Positions 1 through 9,437 of a stretch of 40,758 bases of DNA are shown here, piece after piece. The notes under the pieces are model-generated. The model did no database searches, was not told the origin of the DNA, and saw nothing but the letters and a program-made list of their open reading frames with translations. Within the stretch, counting starts at the first letter, position 1; each line of letters begins with the position of its first letter. A program made the position numbers and the translations under genes. The DNA is taken from positions 1 through 40,758 of IMG/VR virus record IMGVR_UViG_3300008251_000012; one strand, 5' to 3'. The stretch comes from a virus (taxonomy: Duplodnaviria > Caudoviricetes).

Positions 1-1702
1 CCTCATTTGGTACTGCTCCTGTTGTAATCAACTTGCCGTTACCGTACATTTTGATTGTTTTCGCGACAGTATCAACAACGTAAGCAATGTGAACCCACTT
101 ATTGCAATAAGTATCAAAAGAAGTTGTAGATGAAACCTTGTGATTTTTTGAGTTAATATGATAAATCATCCCTAGCCTGCCGCTGCCTGAACCGTCACTG
201 GGTGCTATCCAACATAATCTTTCCCAGCCAAACGGGTATTGGTTGTCATCATTTTGGTCTGAGCCGTTGGCTTTAGCCCAGCCGCACAGCGTGAATCGTT
301 CGGGAATGTAGAGGTTTTTTTCGGATCTAACGAGCGGGTACGAGACACATGAGCCATCGTCTTTTTCTTTGGCTCTGAAATACATGCTCGTTAATCCGGT
401 CGCACTGTCTCCGTGTAAATACGGCAACTCATTGTCATCACCTTGGAATATTCCATCGTTGCCTAATCCCGATTTATCGACAACTGCAATATCAGTGAGG
501 TTTGTTTCGTTAATACCGTGCTGGCGGTATGCTGGTGGTACTTTACCCATGACGATTTGCGGTAAGCAATACAAGAACGGCGCGTCCGCATCAGCGCCTA
601 AATCGATAAAGTTATACGCCTCTGAATTATCATGGTATGCAACAACACAATATCGTTTCCAGTTGCTATCTAACGATGTCCACACTGCGCCAGTCGCGAG
701 TGTGTTAAGTATATTGCCGTCTTTGTCTATCTCATAACACGCGTTAGCTCTATCGTTAATATCAAAATTACCGGTGTTGCACACTGTCTCAGCAGGCGCT
801 CTTTTAAGCCAAACCGCAAACGTCCACCAGCGGCCTTTATTCAATGTTTTCGTAAACGAACCATCGGTTGCCCCAAAGCGCAGTTTTTGCGCCGCGTGAT
901 AAACAGTACCGTGACCGCCGAGTGCGTCAACCTCATTCGGCCGTAATGTTGGCTGGCTATAAATAGCCTTATCGGGAATAAGCGGCCAATCATTTGCGGT
1001 TGCTGAATCGTTAAAATCCCAGTGCAGCAATTTACCTTTTGAAATGTCTGTAATTACTTTTTTAGATGGTACGCCTTGATAAATACGCACGTCTTGCAAT
1101 TGCTGCGCTGGGCGATATTTTGTGGAATCTAAATATTCTAATGACCAAGCAAACAAGGCAAGTGTATAACCTGAGTCCATCACCATTGTCGGAATACTGC
1201 CTACGCTTTCATAATCCACATTGCCGTCAACGTAAATGCGCAGTGTTCGCGTTGTCTGTTCCCACGTAAACCCGATATGGTGCCACTTATTAAAGTTCAT
1301 CACTGTCGCGCCGTAATGGTCGTGATAAGTCCTACCTGACCCGTGACCTGTATTCACTGACGCTGAGAATGACGTGGGTGACAGTCCCTTTAGTGTTATG
1401 CCCGTCCCTACACAGGTTACGTGGCTATGGTTGGTCACAACACCATTTGCGCTAGTGTCCTCTCCTAAGTCTGCCACGTTAATAAACGTAAACATGGCAT
1501 GGTCGCCCTCTTGCAGCCCTAAGTTAGCGACTTGTAGTTTATCTGTTTTTGATCTCACGGTTGTTTGAGAACATTTACCATATAAACCTTTCGGCTGGTC
1601 AGTGATACCGCCGCTATTATTATCGTGCGTTAAATGTTTGCCATTACCAGACCAATCTTTAATATCTTTGTGTAGCGGGAACCAAGCGATGAGCCTTGCC
1701 AT
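1..1702 (-). CDS. LamG / concanavalin-A-like repeat protein, putative receptor-binding or fibre-tip protein (3' end outside the window; not in the ORF track)
   Basis: Hand translation from ATG 1702 (AAGGA RBS upstream) is open to the window edge: MARLIAWFPLHKDIKDWSGNGKHL...KWHHIGFTWEQ...LRIYVDG...LQDVRIY...LLHWDFN...VVDKSGLGNDG...KWVHIAYVVD...KMYGNGKL. These are typical LamG signatures, occurring at least twice. Confidence 0.85.
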   Translation of the reverse strand, partial: MARLIAWFPLHKDIKDWSGNGKHLTHDNNSGGITDQPKGLYGKCSQTTVRSKTDKLQVANLGLQEGDHAMFTFINVADLGEDTSANGVVTNHSHVTCVGTGITLKGLSPTSFSASVNTGHGSGRTYHDHYGATVMNFNKWHHIGFTWEQTTRTLRIYVDGNVDYESVGSIPTMVMDSGYTLALFAWSLEYLDSTKYRPAQQLQDVRIYQGVPSKKVITDISKGKLLHWDFNDSATANDWPLIPDKAIYSQPTLRPNEVDALGGHGTVYHAAQKLRFGATDGSFTKTLNKGRWWTFAVWLKRAPAETVCNTGNFDINDRANACYEIDKDGNILNTLATGAVWTSLDSNWKRYCVVAYHDNSEAYNFIDLGADADAPFLYCLPQIVMGKVPPAYRQHGINETNLTDIAVVDKSGLGNDGIFQGDDNELPYLHGDSATGLTSMYFRAKEKDDGSCVSYPLVRSEKNLYIPERFTLCGWAKANGSDQNDDNQYPFGWERLCWIAPSDGSGSGRLGMIYHINSKNHKVSSTTSFDTYCNKWVHIAYVVDTVAKTIKMYGNGKLITTGAVPNE

Positions 1703-1757
1703 AAACATTCCTTAAATTGAATAATGGACGTGACTAATTGCACGCCTTGTTACGTGG

Positions 1758-1778
1758 AGTATTCGTTAAGCGATAATT
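1758..1778 (-). promoter_or_regulatory. Putative late promoter (AATTATCGCT-N5-AATACT)
   Basis: Same motif and spacing as at 7657, 22314 and 33150; lies upstream of the LamG gene. Confidence 0.6.
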
Positions 1779-1815
1779 AACAAGTAGTGTTTATTAGAAA
1801 TTAATCGAAAGGAAC

Positions 1816-1837
1816 GGGGCGCTTTGACGCCCCTTTT
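1816..1837. terminator. Hairpin / intrinsic terminator downstream of the tail fibre gene
   Basis: GGGGCG-ctttga-CGCCCC followed by TTTT on +; only a weak U-tract on -. Confidence 0.55.
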
Positions 1838-1851
1838 AAAGGATAGGAGGA

Positions 1852-4800
1852 TTAAGCGAATATAAAATCAATAGATTCTGTTGCTGCGTTGTATTTAATG
1901 CTCGCTTTGTCAGTTAGACCAATTTCATCATTAAACGTTTTCTTACCAGAAACGGTTTGTGCGCCACTGGTTTGCACAAACTCAGAGCTGTCTTTATTGT
2001 CGAGCTTATTCGCATCTGCGGCTTTCGCCGTCTTGCCAAGATAGTAGCCATCGCCTTGCGCTTTCGTGATTTTAGTGCCTGCAAGATTGTAAGCTGACAC
2101 AGCTTTGTCATACGCAAGTTTAACCGCGCTTGCGGTGCTGTACTTAGTATTACTGGCGTCATTAACGGCGTTGGTCGCACTCCAATTATTAACGTTATTT
2201 AAACCAACATCCGCTTTCGAGGGTTTATTTAACGTTGTGAAAAGGAACTGCCAATCCTGAAATGATTCATAATTAGCGTTGGCTACACGGAATCCGATAG
2301 CACCGTTATCGCCAAAAGCCAGTTGCTTTGATAAACCGCCGCTGATCGTCGGCCATTGCTTAATACCGATGACACTGTGATAACTCCCCCCTTGACTAAA
2401 TCCATCTGCCGAATTTGCTTTAAAATCAAACTGCACACCCTCGCGCATGTCTTTTGGCTTAGTGTTGACTGCGCGTGTGTCGTGGCGAGCTACATACTCC
2501 GCCGCCGTCGCTCTAACCGCCGTGCTGCCAGCATCAAGTTTTTTATCTAAGCCATTTTTCAATGCAAGTTCTGTTGTTGCTTTGGTTTGACTTGTGCCTG
2601 TATGAGCGTTGGATAGCATGACAGCGCCAATACGCGAAATGGTCGCTGTTACATATGACCATTTCGAATTGGCGACATTAAGTGCTATGACACCTTTGTC
2701 ATACGCAAGTTTAACCGCGCTTGCGGTGCTGTACTTAGTATTACTGGCGTCATTAACGGCGTTGGTCGCACCCCAATTGTTGACGAGATTTAACCCAACA
2801 TCCGCTTTCGTGGGTTTATAACCAAGCGTGTACGGTTGGTAAGCAATTGTATTTAGAGTAGCGTTCTGAGCTTTTAGCCCACCAATTGCAATCGCCCAGC
2901 CATGCGCCCATCGGCTCCAAGAGTAATCACCGTAACCATACATGACATTGCTCACGGCAACTTGCGGGTGCTTCCAGACTTGCGAATCTTCACCAAGATA
3001 AACGCAGCATTTCACTCCGTCATGACCAAAGCGCACGCGTATGTTACGGTCGCCACTGATTAATGTCGCAGTGCAATTTAGCCAACTTTGACCTGAGTGA
3101 TTATAACCACCTACTTGCACCTGAAAACTTTTACCGCCCGAGTATTCGTACACGGTTATCGTGAATGACAGCATCGTGTTAGTCCACGACACAGGCAGGG
3201 AAACTTTAATCACACCGGTCAATGTCGCGGTGGTTGTTACAAACTTACCACCGGCTGGCATCGGTATCATACCTCTGTCATTACGCTGGAATATAGCGCC
3301 ATCTAGACCATCGAGCAGATTTGCATCAGCGGCTTTCGCCGTTTTGCCAAGATAACGACCGTCACCTGTTGCTTGTGTCATTTTACCGGCGGCAAGGTTG
3401 TAACCGGCCACGGCTTTATCATACACCGTTTTTACCGCTTTCGCCGTCGCGTACTTCGTTGTGCTCGCATCACTAACAGAACTTGTTGCACCCCAATTGT
3501 TGACGAGATTTAACCCAACATCTTCTTTTGCTAATGTTAACCAATCTTTCATTGCCGGTTTTGTCATCGCTCGGGCAAAATTGTCGCTCCCATTATTGTT
3601 ACGAAACATGATTGCTGCGTTTGACGACGGTGGTGCGCTCGTTTGACTCGCAAAATTGAAACGCAGTAACCGAACATGAATATCCCCTGAACCATCCCGC
3701 TCAGCAATAGTATTTGGTACGGCGGCGTAGTTGTTTATTTTGTTGTTTAATTTACTCGAATCAACGGCTTTAGCTGTCTTTCCAAGCCACCATCCGTCGC
3801 CCTGTGCTTTTGTGATCTTGCTTGCGGCAAGGTCATAAGCCGTTTTAAGCCCTTTCAAACTCGCGTAAACAAGGTTTGAGGTGCTGTTTATCGAATCACT
3901 GATATTAGGATTGTTTGGGCTAAATACACGTTTACCTTTTTCTTGAACGACACCCGCTGTATCCGTTCCGCCAGCAACATCAGGAAATCCAGTTAACTCG
4001 CTATTCTCTACCGCCCAGCCTGACGGCAACGACTCGATAACAGGTGTGCAAACGTTTATATCTGTAAATCCTGCTAGCCCTCTCGCGTCCTTAGTTTTTG
4101 CTCTATAGAGCGCCTTGTTTTTCACATAAACTTGTAAACGTTTTTCTCCATACGTCTTATCCGATGGTTGACAAATGACTCGCGCACCGATAAACGATAT
4201 GGCATGACCACCAGCCGTTTTGATGCTTAACGATGAATGGACAAAACTGCGCATAAATTCAAGATGTATGAATGAATGAAGTCCACTATCGGTCGTCCAG
4301 ACGTACACGTCAGCAAAACCTCGACCGGACGATGATTTAGCAACAGTCATCCAACCTGCCTCGCAAATAGCAGACGCCTCTGGTTGCCATTGTGAGAAGC
4401 GACTTGAATCCAAACCATCGAGCAAATTAGCATCAGCGGCTTTGGCTGTTTTACCTAAATAACGACCGTCACCATTTCCTTGTGTCATTTTACTATTCGC
4501 AAGGTCATAAGCAGTTTTGACTGCCGATGCAGTCGCGTATTTACTTGTGCTCGAATCAGCAACAGAACTTGTCGCAGGCCAGTTATGTACATTGCCTAAA
4601 CCCACGTCTGCGCTTGTTGGCTTCGCCGCTTCACTGTATTGCTTTATCCAGTCTGACCAGCGGTGGTTGTCACTCATCGTGCGAACGTAAACAATTTGCT
4701 TATTTTTATCGGTTACTGTTTGTGTACAAAAAGTTCGAGCTGCTTTAGCGCTACCCTCGACGCGCATTGTGCCGTAGTCAATAGGTGGTCGATTTAGACC

Positions 4801-6366
4801 TGAAGGATAATATAGGTTATATTCGCCCGACTCAGTTAAAGTATTGAAATCTTTACTACCGGTGATGTAAAGCATTTTACGACGGATAGACTTTGATGAA
4901 ATCTGATCTATATCGCTGCGTAAAAACTGTTTGCTATCAAGATTGTCTAATTTTTCTGAGTTAGCGGCTTTGGCTGTTTTTCCGAGCCATCGGCCATCGC
5001 CTTGTCCTGTGGTGGTTTTACTTGCAGCAAGATCATAGGCTGTTTTAACCGCCTTAGGAGTAGCAGCAAAGCCATTGCCTTCGCCGTTATTGCTGTTAAC
5101 CGCATCATCAAGTTTGACGCCACCAAATCTCGTCGCATGAGCAGTAACATAAACCCACTTACTCTTAGCGAGACTGTAAGCCTCATTAGCTCTTGAGAGC
5201 GCTGAGGCAGCATGAGCAACACCAACTGAACCACGGTCATAAGCGGTTTTAACCGCTTTGGCAGTCGCAGCTAAAACATTCGATGAGGTCGAGACACTAT
5301 CTGTTAACTGCACTGCGCCGGAACGCGCTGTCGTCGCCGTAACGTATGTCCATTTTGACGCTGCTAGATCATAAGTTTTTTTAACCGCCGTCGCCGTTGC
5401 TGCTAACGTGCTTGATACGGTTCGGTTACTGTCAGTTAATTGAACGGCACCGAAACGCGCTGTCGTCGCCGTAACGTATGTCCATTTTGACGCCGCCAAA
5501 TTATACGCCTGAACCCCTTTATTGTAAGCAGCTCTAACGGCTTTAGACGTGGCTGAAAGTGTACTTGATTCTGATGATACACTGTCACTTAATTGTGACA
5601 CGCCTTTTTCAGTTGTAGTTGCATCATCAATAGATAAGTTAATGTCGTGAGATAGGTTACTGCCGCCTTTCAATGCACCAGATGTATTCACACGCCGCGC
5701 AAGGAAAGCAGCGGTTATTTTCTTTGCAATACCGCGCCACATTTGCGGCAGTTTGACATGTTTAGCGCTGGTGGATGTAGCATCAATATCCGCATTAGTG
5801 GCCGCATTATCAACACGCTCATATTGCTCATGAGGATGAATAGCTCTTTCATGCTTTAAAATACCAAGGCCAACATTTTCACGACTATCAGCATTAATCA
5901 TCGACTCATTAAGTACAGTTGTACCGGCTGGGATATTGAACTCAACTAATAAGACATGGTGTGGCAAGACTTGGTTGAGGGGTAATATTTTATATTCAGC
6001 CGCCTCAACCTTGGAACTCGAATTAACTTGCTTCGTTGGCACACCATATTGATAAAAACTGTCCACTACGATCGCAACGACACCACCCACGGGCAATGTC
6101 AGTCGGGTAGGGTGCTGGCCGTGAATCGTGAGCGTTACATCGTCATGTCTCGCTGCAAGGGTATGATGTTCGCCAGTGCCCGCAATGATCACATCTAAAC
6201 CACCGGCAAGCACGCAATCAAAGCCCTGATAGACACCATGCTCAATCACGTTATGAAAGTTTCTATTCATAGCGAAACTAGCCATCGGCTCACCGTATGC
6301 CATACTAGTATGCAGTTTTAACTTACTCTGCTCAGGAAAGGTTCTCGCGTTTAATGTTTCCGACAT
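1852..6366 (-). CDS. Long modular tail fibre protein (P1 gpS position)
   Basis: 1504 aa. P1 S-like N-terminus, repeated fibre motifs (GxVQLSD...AATxKAVKxAYD; DVGLNxVNNW; DGRYLGKTAKAADANLLDGLD), knob-like inserts, C-terminal YNAATESIDFIFA. Follows the gpR-like gene. Confidence 0.93.
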   Translation of the reverse strand: MSETLNARTFPEQSKLKLHTSMAYGEPMASFAMNRNFHNVIEHGVYQGFDCVLAGGLDVIIAGTGEHHTLAARHDDVTLTIHGQHPTRLTLPVGGVVAIVVDSFYQYGVPTKQVNSSSKVEAAEYKILPLNQVLPHHVLLVEFNIPAGTTVLNESMINADSRENVGLGILKHERAIHPHEQYERVDNAATNADIDATSTSAKHVKLPQMWRGIAKKITAAFLARRVNTSGALKGGSNLSHDINLSIDDATTTEKGVSQLSDSVSSESSTLSATSKAVRAAYNKGVQAYNLAASKWTYVTATTARFGAVQLTDSNRTVSSTLAATATAVKKTYDLAASKWTYVTATTARSGAVQLTDSVSTSSNVLAATAKAVKTAYDRGSVGVAHAASALSRANEAYSLAKSKWVYVTAHATRFGGVKLDDAVNSNNGEGNGFAATPKAVKTAYDLAASKTTTGQGDGRWLGKTAKAANSEKLDNLDSKQFLRSDIDQISSKSIRRKMLYITGSKDFNTLTESGEYNLYYPSGLNRPPIDYGTMRVEGSAKAARTFCTQTVTDKNKQIVYVRTMSDNHRWSDWIKQYSEAAKPTSADVGLGNVHNWPATSSVADSSTSKYATASAVKTAYDLANSKMTQGNGDGRYLGKTAKAADANLLDGLDSSRFSQWQPEASAICEAGWMTVAKSSSGRGFADVYVWTTDSGLHSFIHLEFMRSFVHSSLSIKTAGGHAISFIGARVICQPSDKTYGEKRLQVYVKNKALYRAKTKDARGLAGFTDINVCTPVIESLPSGWAVENSELTGFPDVAGGTDTAGVVQEKGKRVFSPNNPNISDSINSTSNLVYASLKGLKTAYDLAASKITKAQGDGWWLGKTAKAVDSSKLNNKINNYAAVPNTIAERDGSGDIHVRLLRFNFASQTSAPPSSNAAIMFRNNNGSDNFARAMTKPAMKDWLTLAKEDVGLNLVNNWGATSSVSDASTTKYATAKAVKTVYDKAVAGYNLAAGKMTQATGDGRYLGKTAKAADANLLDGLDGAIFQRNDRGMIPMPAGGKFVTTTATLTGVIKVSLPVSWTNTMLSFTITVYEYSGGKSFQVQVGGYNHSGQSWLNCTATLISGDRNIRVRFGHDGVKCCVYLGEDSQVWKHPQVAVSNVMYGYGDYSWSRWAHGWAIAIGGLKAQNATLNTIAYQPYTLGYKPTKADVGLNLVNNWGATNAVNDASNTKYSTASAVKLAYDKGVIALNVANSKWSYVTATISRIGAVMLSNAHTGTSQTKATTELALKNGLDKKLDAGSTAVRATAAEYVARHDTRAVNTKPKDMREGVQFDFKANSADGFSQGGSYHSVIGIKQWPTISGGLSKQLAFGDNGAIGFRVANANYESFQDWQFLFTTLNKPSKADVGLNNVNNWSATNAVNDASNTKYSTASAVKLAYDKAVSAYNLAGTKITKAQGDGYYLGKTAKAADANKLDNKDSSEFVQTSGAQTVSGKKTFNDEIGLTDKASIKYNAATESIDFIFA
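2103..5493. repeat. Exact internal DNA duplications in the tail fibre gene
   Basis: 78 bp identical at 2103-2180 and 2694-2771; 35 bp at 2768-2802 and 3488-3522; 40 bp at 5322-5361 and 5454-5493. Confidence 0.9.
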
Positions 6367-6827
6367 TATACGGCACCTCCCTGCACTTTGATTATCACGT
6401 CAAACTGCAATAGACGGTCACTAGTGACAGGAATCGGGATCACGGCACAAATAGCGATTGAGTTACCTTTCGCATCTTTAATATTGAGAGCTGATACATT
6501 GAAAACCTTACCTTTTTCGACAACACCCGCTGGTAAGACGCAGCGCATATTAATTTCATTATTGACGTAACTACGATCGGGCGTATTTTCATGTAACACA
6601 CTCTCTAACCCTTTAGAATCTGTTGGGATGTTTGTGACACTCGGTTTCCCATCTATTTCCTCAACAAAACCATAGCCCCATTCAACAGAAGCGATGGTAA
6701 AAAATGGGACGGGGGCGATCGAAGACAAATCACGTTCAGTAAAAAATTTGTCCATCAGAACGGCGTTATCGATAACAACTGAGATTTGGGGCATATTACC
6801 AGTTTCCTTGTATTTCATTAATTTCAA
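6366..6827 (-). CDS. P1 gpR-like baseplate / tail fibre attachment protein
   Basis: About 142-153 aa, between the gp16-like gene and the fibre as in P1; stop overlaps the fibre start. True start is probably the internal MPQISV. Confidence 0.7.
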   Translation of the reverse strand: MKLMKYKETGNMPQISVVIDNAVLMDKFFTERDLSSIAPVPFFTIASVEWGYGFVEEIDGKPSVTNIPTDSKGLESVLHENTPDRSYVNNEINMRCVLPAGVVEKGKVFNVSALNIKDAKGNSIAICAVIPIPVTSDRLLQFDVIIKVQGGAV

Positions 6828-7638
6828 GTGGGATCATGTCTAGGGCAAAATCATCAAAAAGAATAAGGTGGCTAGGCAGCGGTTTATGACCGCTCACGTC
6901 TAGCTTTTCAGCGCTCACGTCGATAACTTGAATACCTGACACGGTGAGTTTTTTCGTTTTGGTGAGAGAGTCTGTTAATCGTTTCGGGGTGGTATCAACG
7001 ATACGTGTAGCGGGCACATCAAGATAAAGCGGTTTATCTCCAATAATGATCGCTTCGAGATAGTATTGTTGACCATCAAATGCAATATGCGTCGGTACGA
7101 GTGGTATCGCGACACGACTTAACAATCGTTCAAATTCATCGATACCAAAGGCGCTTTGCACGCGATCTAAACGTGTAAAAATCACGGCTCGATAGGTCTG
7201 AAAATAATCATTCAGGTCTGAGCCATCGCGAACGATATCCCGCTTTAACAAGAATTTTGAGCCGTACGGAAAATTAACTAAATCTTTGGGTGCATAAAGC
7301 TGCTCCCAGCTCAGCGGAACGCCTAAAAATTCACGCGCAAAGGTTTTTTTAAGCGGGTATTCGTACCCCTTAAAATGTATTTCATCGGTGCGTTGTTGGA
7401 GTAATAACGGTATATCTTCATCTTCAGTTAAACCAACACTAAAAAAACTGCCCATCTCATCAAAAAGCACTTGCAGATCGTCAGGGTGCATCGTAAATAC
7501 ATTCGTCATGCCCTTAAGTCTATCTAGGGTTGGTTCGAGGCATTTGGCATTTAGTTTTTCCAGCGAATCAGCGAGATCTCGCCATGCTGTAGACTGCTTT
7601 AAAGCTTCGGTTAATTTTGATTTAAACATTCTGACCAC
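6796..7638 (-). CDS. P1 gp16-like baseplate wedge protein
   Basis: 280 aa; WEQLYAPKD...PYG and PLVPTHIAFDG motifs; directly downstream of bplA. Start is probably ATG 7629. Confidence 0.8.
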   Translation of the reverse strand: MVRMFKSKLTEALKQSTAWRDLADSLEKLNAKCLEPTLDRLKGMTNVFTMHPDDLQVLFDEMGSFFSVGLTEDEDIPLLLQQRTDEIHFKGYEYPLKKTFAREFLGVPLSWEQLYAPKDLVNFPYGSKFLLKRDIVRDGSDLNDYFQTYRAVIFTRLDRVQSAFGIDEFERLLSRVAIPLVPTHIAFDGQQYYLEAIIIGDKPLYLDVPATRIVDTTPKRLTDSLTKTKKLTVSGIQVIDVSAEKLDVSGHKPLPSHLILFDDFALDMIPLEINEIQGNW

Positions 7639-7656
7639 CGTTGATTTGATGGTCAG

Positions 7657-7677
7657 ATATTAATTAGAGCGATAAAA
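7657..7677 (-). promoter_or_regulatory. Putative late promoter (TTTTATCGCT-N5-TAATAT)
   Basis: Motif sits in the short bplA-gp16 intergenic gap. Confidence 0.65.
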
Positions 7678-7680
7678 TGA

Positions 7681-9066
7681 TTAGTAAGAAATATTAATAT
7701 TTGAACCGGCTACATCGAGGTAGCGGAATGTATCGAAGTGGGGCGCAACATCAAGATCAGTATTAACATCAATTTTGAAACTGGTAAGTAAGCCAATTTT
7801 CTGAACTGCGTCCCATATTTGATTGTATGTGATCAAGCCATCATGCTTTGATGCCGAATGAGAGAATTTTTGTTGTAATACATTAATCACGACATTTTTA
7901 ACCTGCTTGACATTATTCGTACTTAAAATTTTACCGGATAGTGTCAGAGTAAACCCGTCCTCATTACATGCCACGGGTACATGTTCAATGTTTAGTTCCT
8001 TCACGTTGCTGTAGAGCTTTTTAAGTTGTTCCATCAATGCCGCTTGCGTTAACTGTGGATGATAAGCGGATAAATATACTTTACCGATAAAATCCAAGTC
8101 ACTACGACCTTTTAATGCCTCCTGCTGTTTCTCACCCCAAACACGAAACCACGTCAACCCGCTAATACTTCGTTTCGTGAAAAAGGCATAATCATTATCA
8201 AAAACGACGTTGTTATCATAATTGGTGTGATACATAGCATTAGCGCGTAATGTCTCGATATCTTCGCGATCAGCACCACTGACCATCGTTTCACCGGTCA
8301 CAATAGCAAGTGCAGATAGCGTATCATCTAAAAATTCTAACGTTTGGCCTGCGGCAATTTCGCTTACACCATCAGTGATTAAACATTTCATTGTAATGAC
8401 ACTACCCAGCGGTGGGATCTTACCTGAAATGCCGTTCCCAAAACGCACACCGGTTTGTTGCGTCGTGCTATAAAACTCGACATAAGCATTTGATACACTA
8501 TTTGTATTGCGGAATAAATGTGTCGATTCCCATTTAACGATAGGGCTATTAGGTTCGGTAATGTAAATATCAAGCTCAGCAATTTTTCGAGATGTATCCA
8601 CATCTAAGCGCTTAGTTAAAAATTTAACTTCAGCATCCACAGTCACTTCAAAGTATTGTAATTCAGCCTGTACAACGTTGATCGTGACAGCACCACCAAC
8701 GGGCACAGTTAATGCTTCTCTGATCAAATAATGTTTATTGTTGTCACTGGAATAAAGCGGTGTATTTTCCGCGACATATTTAACCTCGCTACCGCTATTC
8801 GTTATCGTCACCCTGATCTTACTTGGTATCCGTTTTCGGGCGACATACCCTCTCGATTCCGCGTGAGCAAGTACAGAACTCATTTTAACGGCAAGTGACA
8901 AAAAGGCCTCTTGTAATCGACGAGCCGCTACCTGATTCGCTCTGAAGTATACTTGAGCAACAAAAATGACAAGATAGTTTACAAACTCACTACCTCTAAA
9001 TTTCGACCAGAATTTACTTTCTGTGATAACTTGATTAAACAACTCTTTAATTTGCGCTAACGTCAT
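7681..9066 (-). CDS. bplA: Baseplate wedge protein BplA (baseplate J / T4 gp6-like)
   Basis: 461 aa; EAFLSLA...SVLAHAESRGYV, VRFGNGISGKIP, GADREDIETLR, RVWGE motifs. Confidence 0.88.
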   Translation of the reverse strand: MTLAQIKELFNQVITESKFWSKFRGSEFVNYLVIFVAQVYFRANQVAARRLQEAFLSLAVKMSSVLAHAESRGYVARKRIPSKIRVTITNSGSEVKYVAENTPLYSSDNNKHYLIREALTVPVGGAVTINVVQAELQYFEVTVDAEVKFLTKRLDVDTSRKIAELDIYITEPNSPIVKWESTHLFRNTNSVSNAYVEFYSTTQQTGVRFGNGISGKIPPLGSVITMKCLITDGVSEIAAGQTLEFLDDTLSALAIVTGETMVSGADREDIETLRANAMYHTNYDNNVVFDNDYAFFTKRSISGLTWFRVWGEKQQEALKGRSDLDFIGKVYLSAYHPQLTQAALMEQLKKLYSNVKELNIEHVPVACNEDGFTLTLSGKILSTNNVKQVKNVVINVLQQKFSHSASKHDGLITYNQIWDAVQKIGLLTSFKIDVNTDLDVAPHFDTFRYLDVAGSNINISY

Positions 9067-9083
9067 ATTTTATATATCCAGTT

Positions 9084-9425
9084 TTATAGCGCGGTGCGAT
9101 CAAATGTTGTTCTGACCAAACCGCTCTGTGTAATAATTACAAGTTCAACTTCATCGGCACTAAGACACTTAACGCCGATCCCCCGAATTTGTACCATTCT
9201 CAGGTCTTTCCGCATTTTTGTGTGAATATGCGCTTCTATTCCGACTTCTAGAGATTCAGATACAGGGTCATGCTTAAACTGCTGTAAACGATGCCCCCAG
9301 TGCGGATCGCCCCATTTCTCTCCTTGCGGTGTAGCAAGCCACCAGTTTATTTTTTCGGTTGCCTCGTCTTCGTCATAAGTTTTTAGTTGGCCGTCTTCCA
9401 TCGCTAACAAGTGATCGAATTCCAT
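9084..9425 (-). CDS. pmgA: PmgA-like (T4 gp25-like) baseplate / sheath initiator
   Basis: 113 aa; WLATPQGEKWGDPHWGHRLQQFKHDP; lies between sit and bplA. Confidence 0.8.
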   Translation of the reverse strand: MEFDHLLAMEDGQLKTYDEDEATEKINWWLATPQGEKWGDPHWGHRLQQFKHDPVSESLEVGIEAHIHTKMRKDLRMVQIRGIGVKCLSADEVELVIITQSGLVRTTFDRTAL

Positions 9426-9437
9426 CAGTCGTACTCC

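Noticed and set aside
369-1568. Plus-strand ORFs 369-737, 1066-1269 and 1374-1568
   Set aside because: Antisense shadows of the minus-strand LamG gene.
2103-2771. DGR template/variable repeat pair in the tail fibre
   Set aside because: The copies are identical with no adenine-specific differences, both are coding, and there is no reverse transcriptase in the window.
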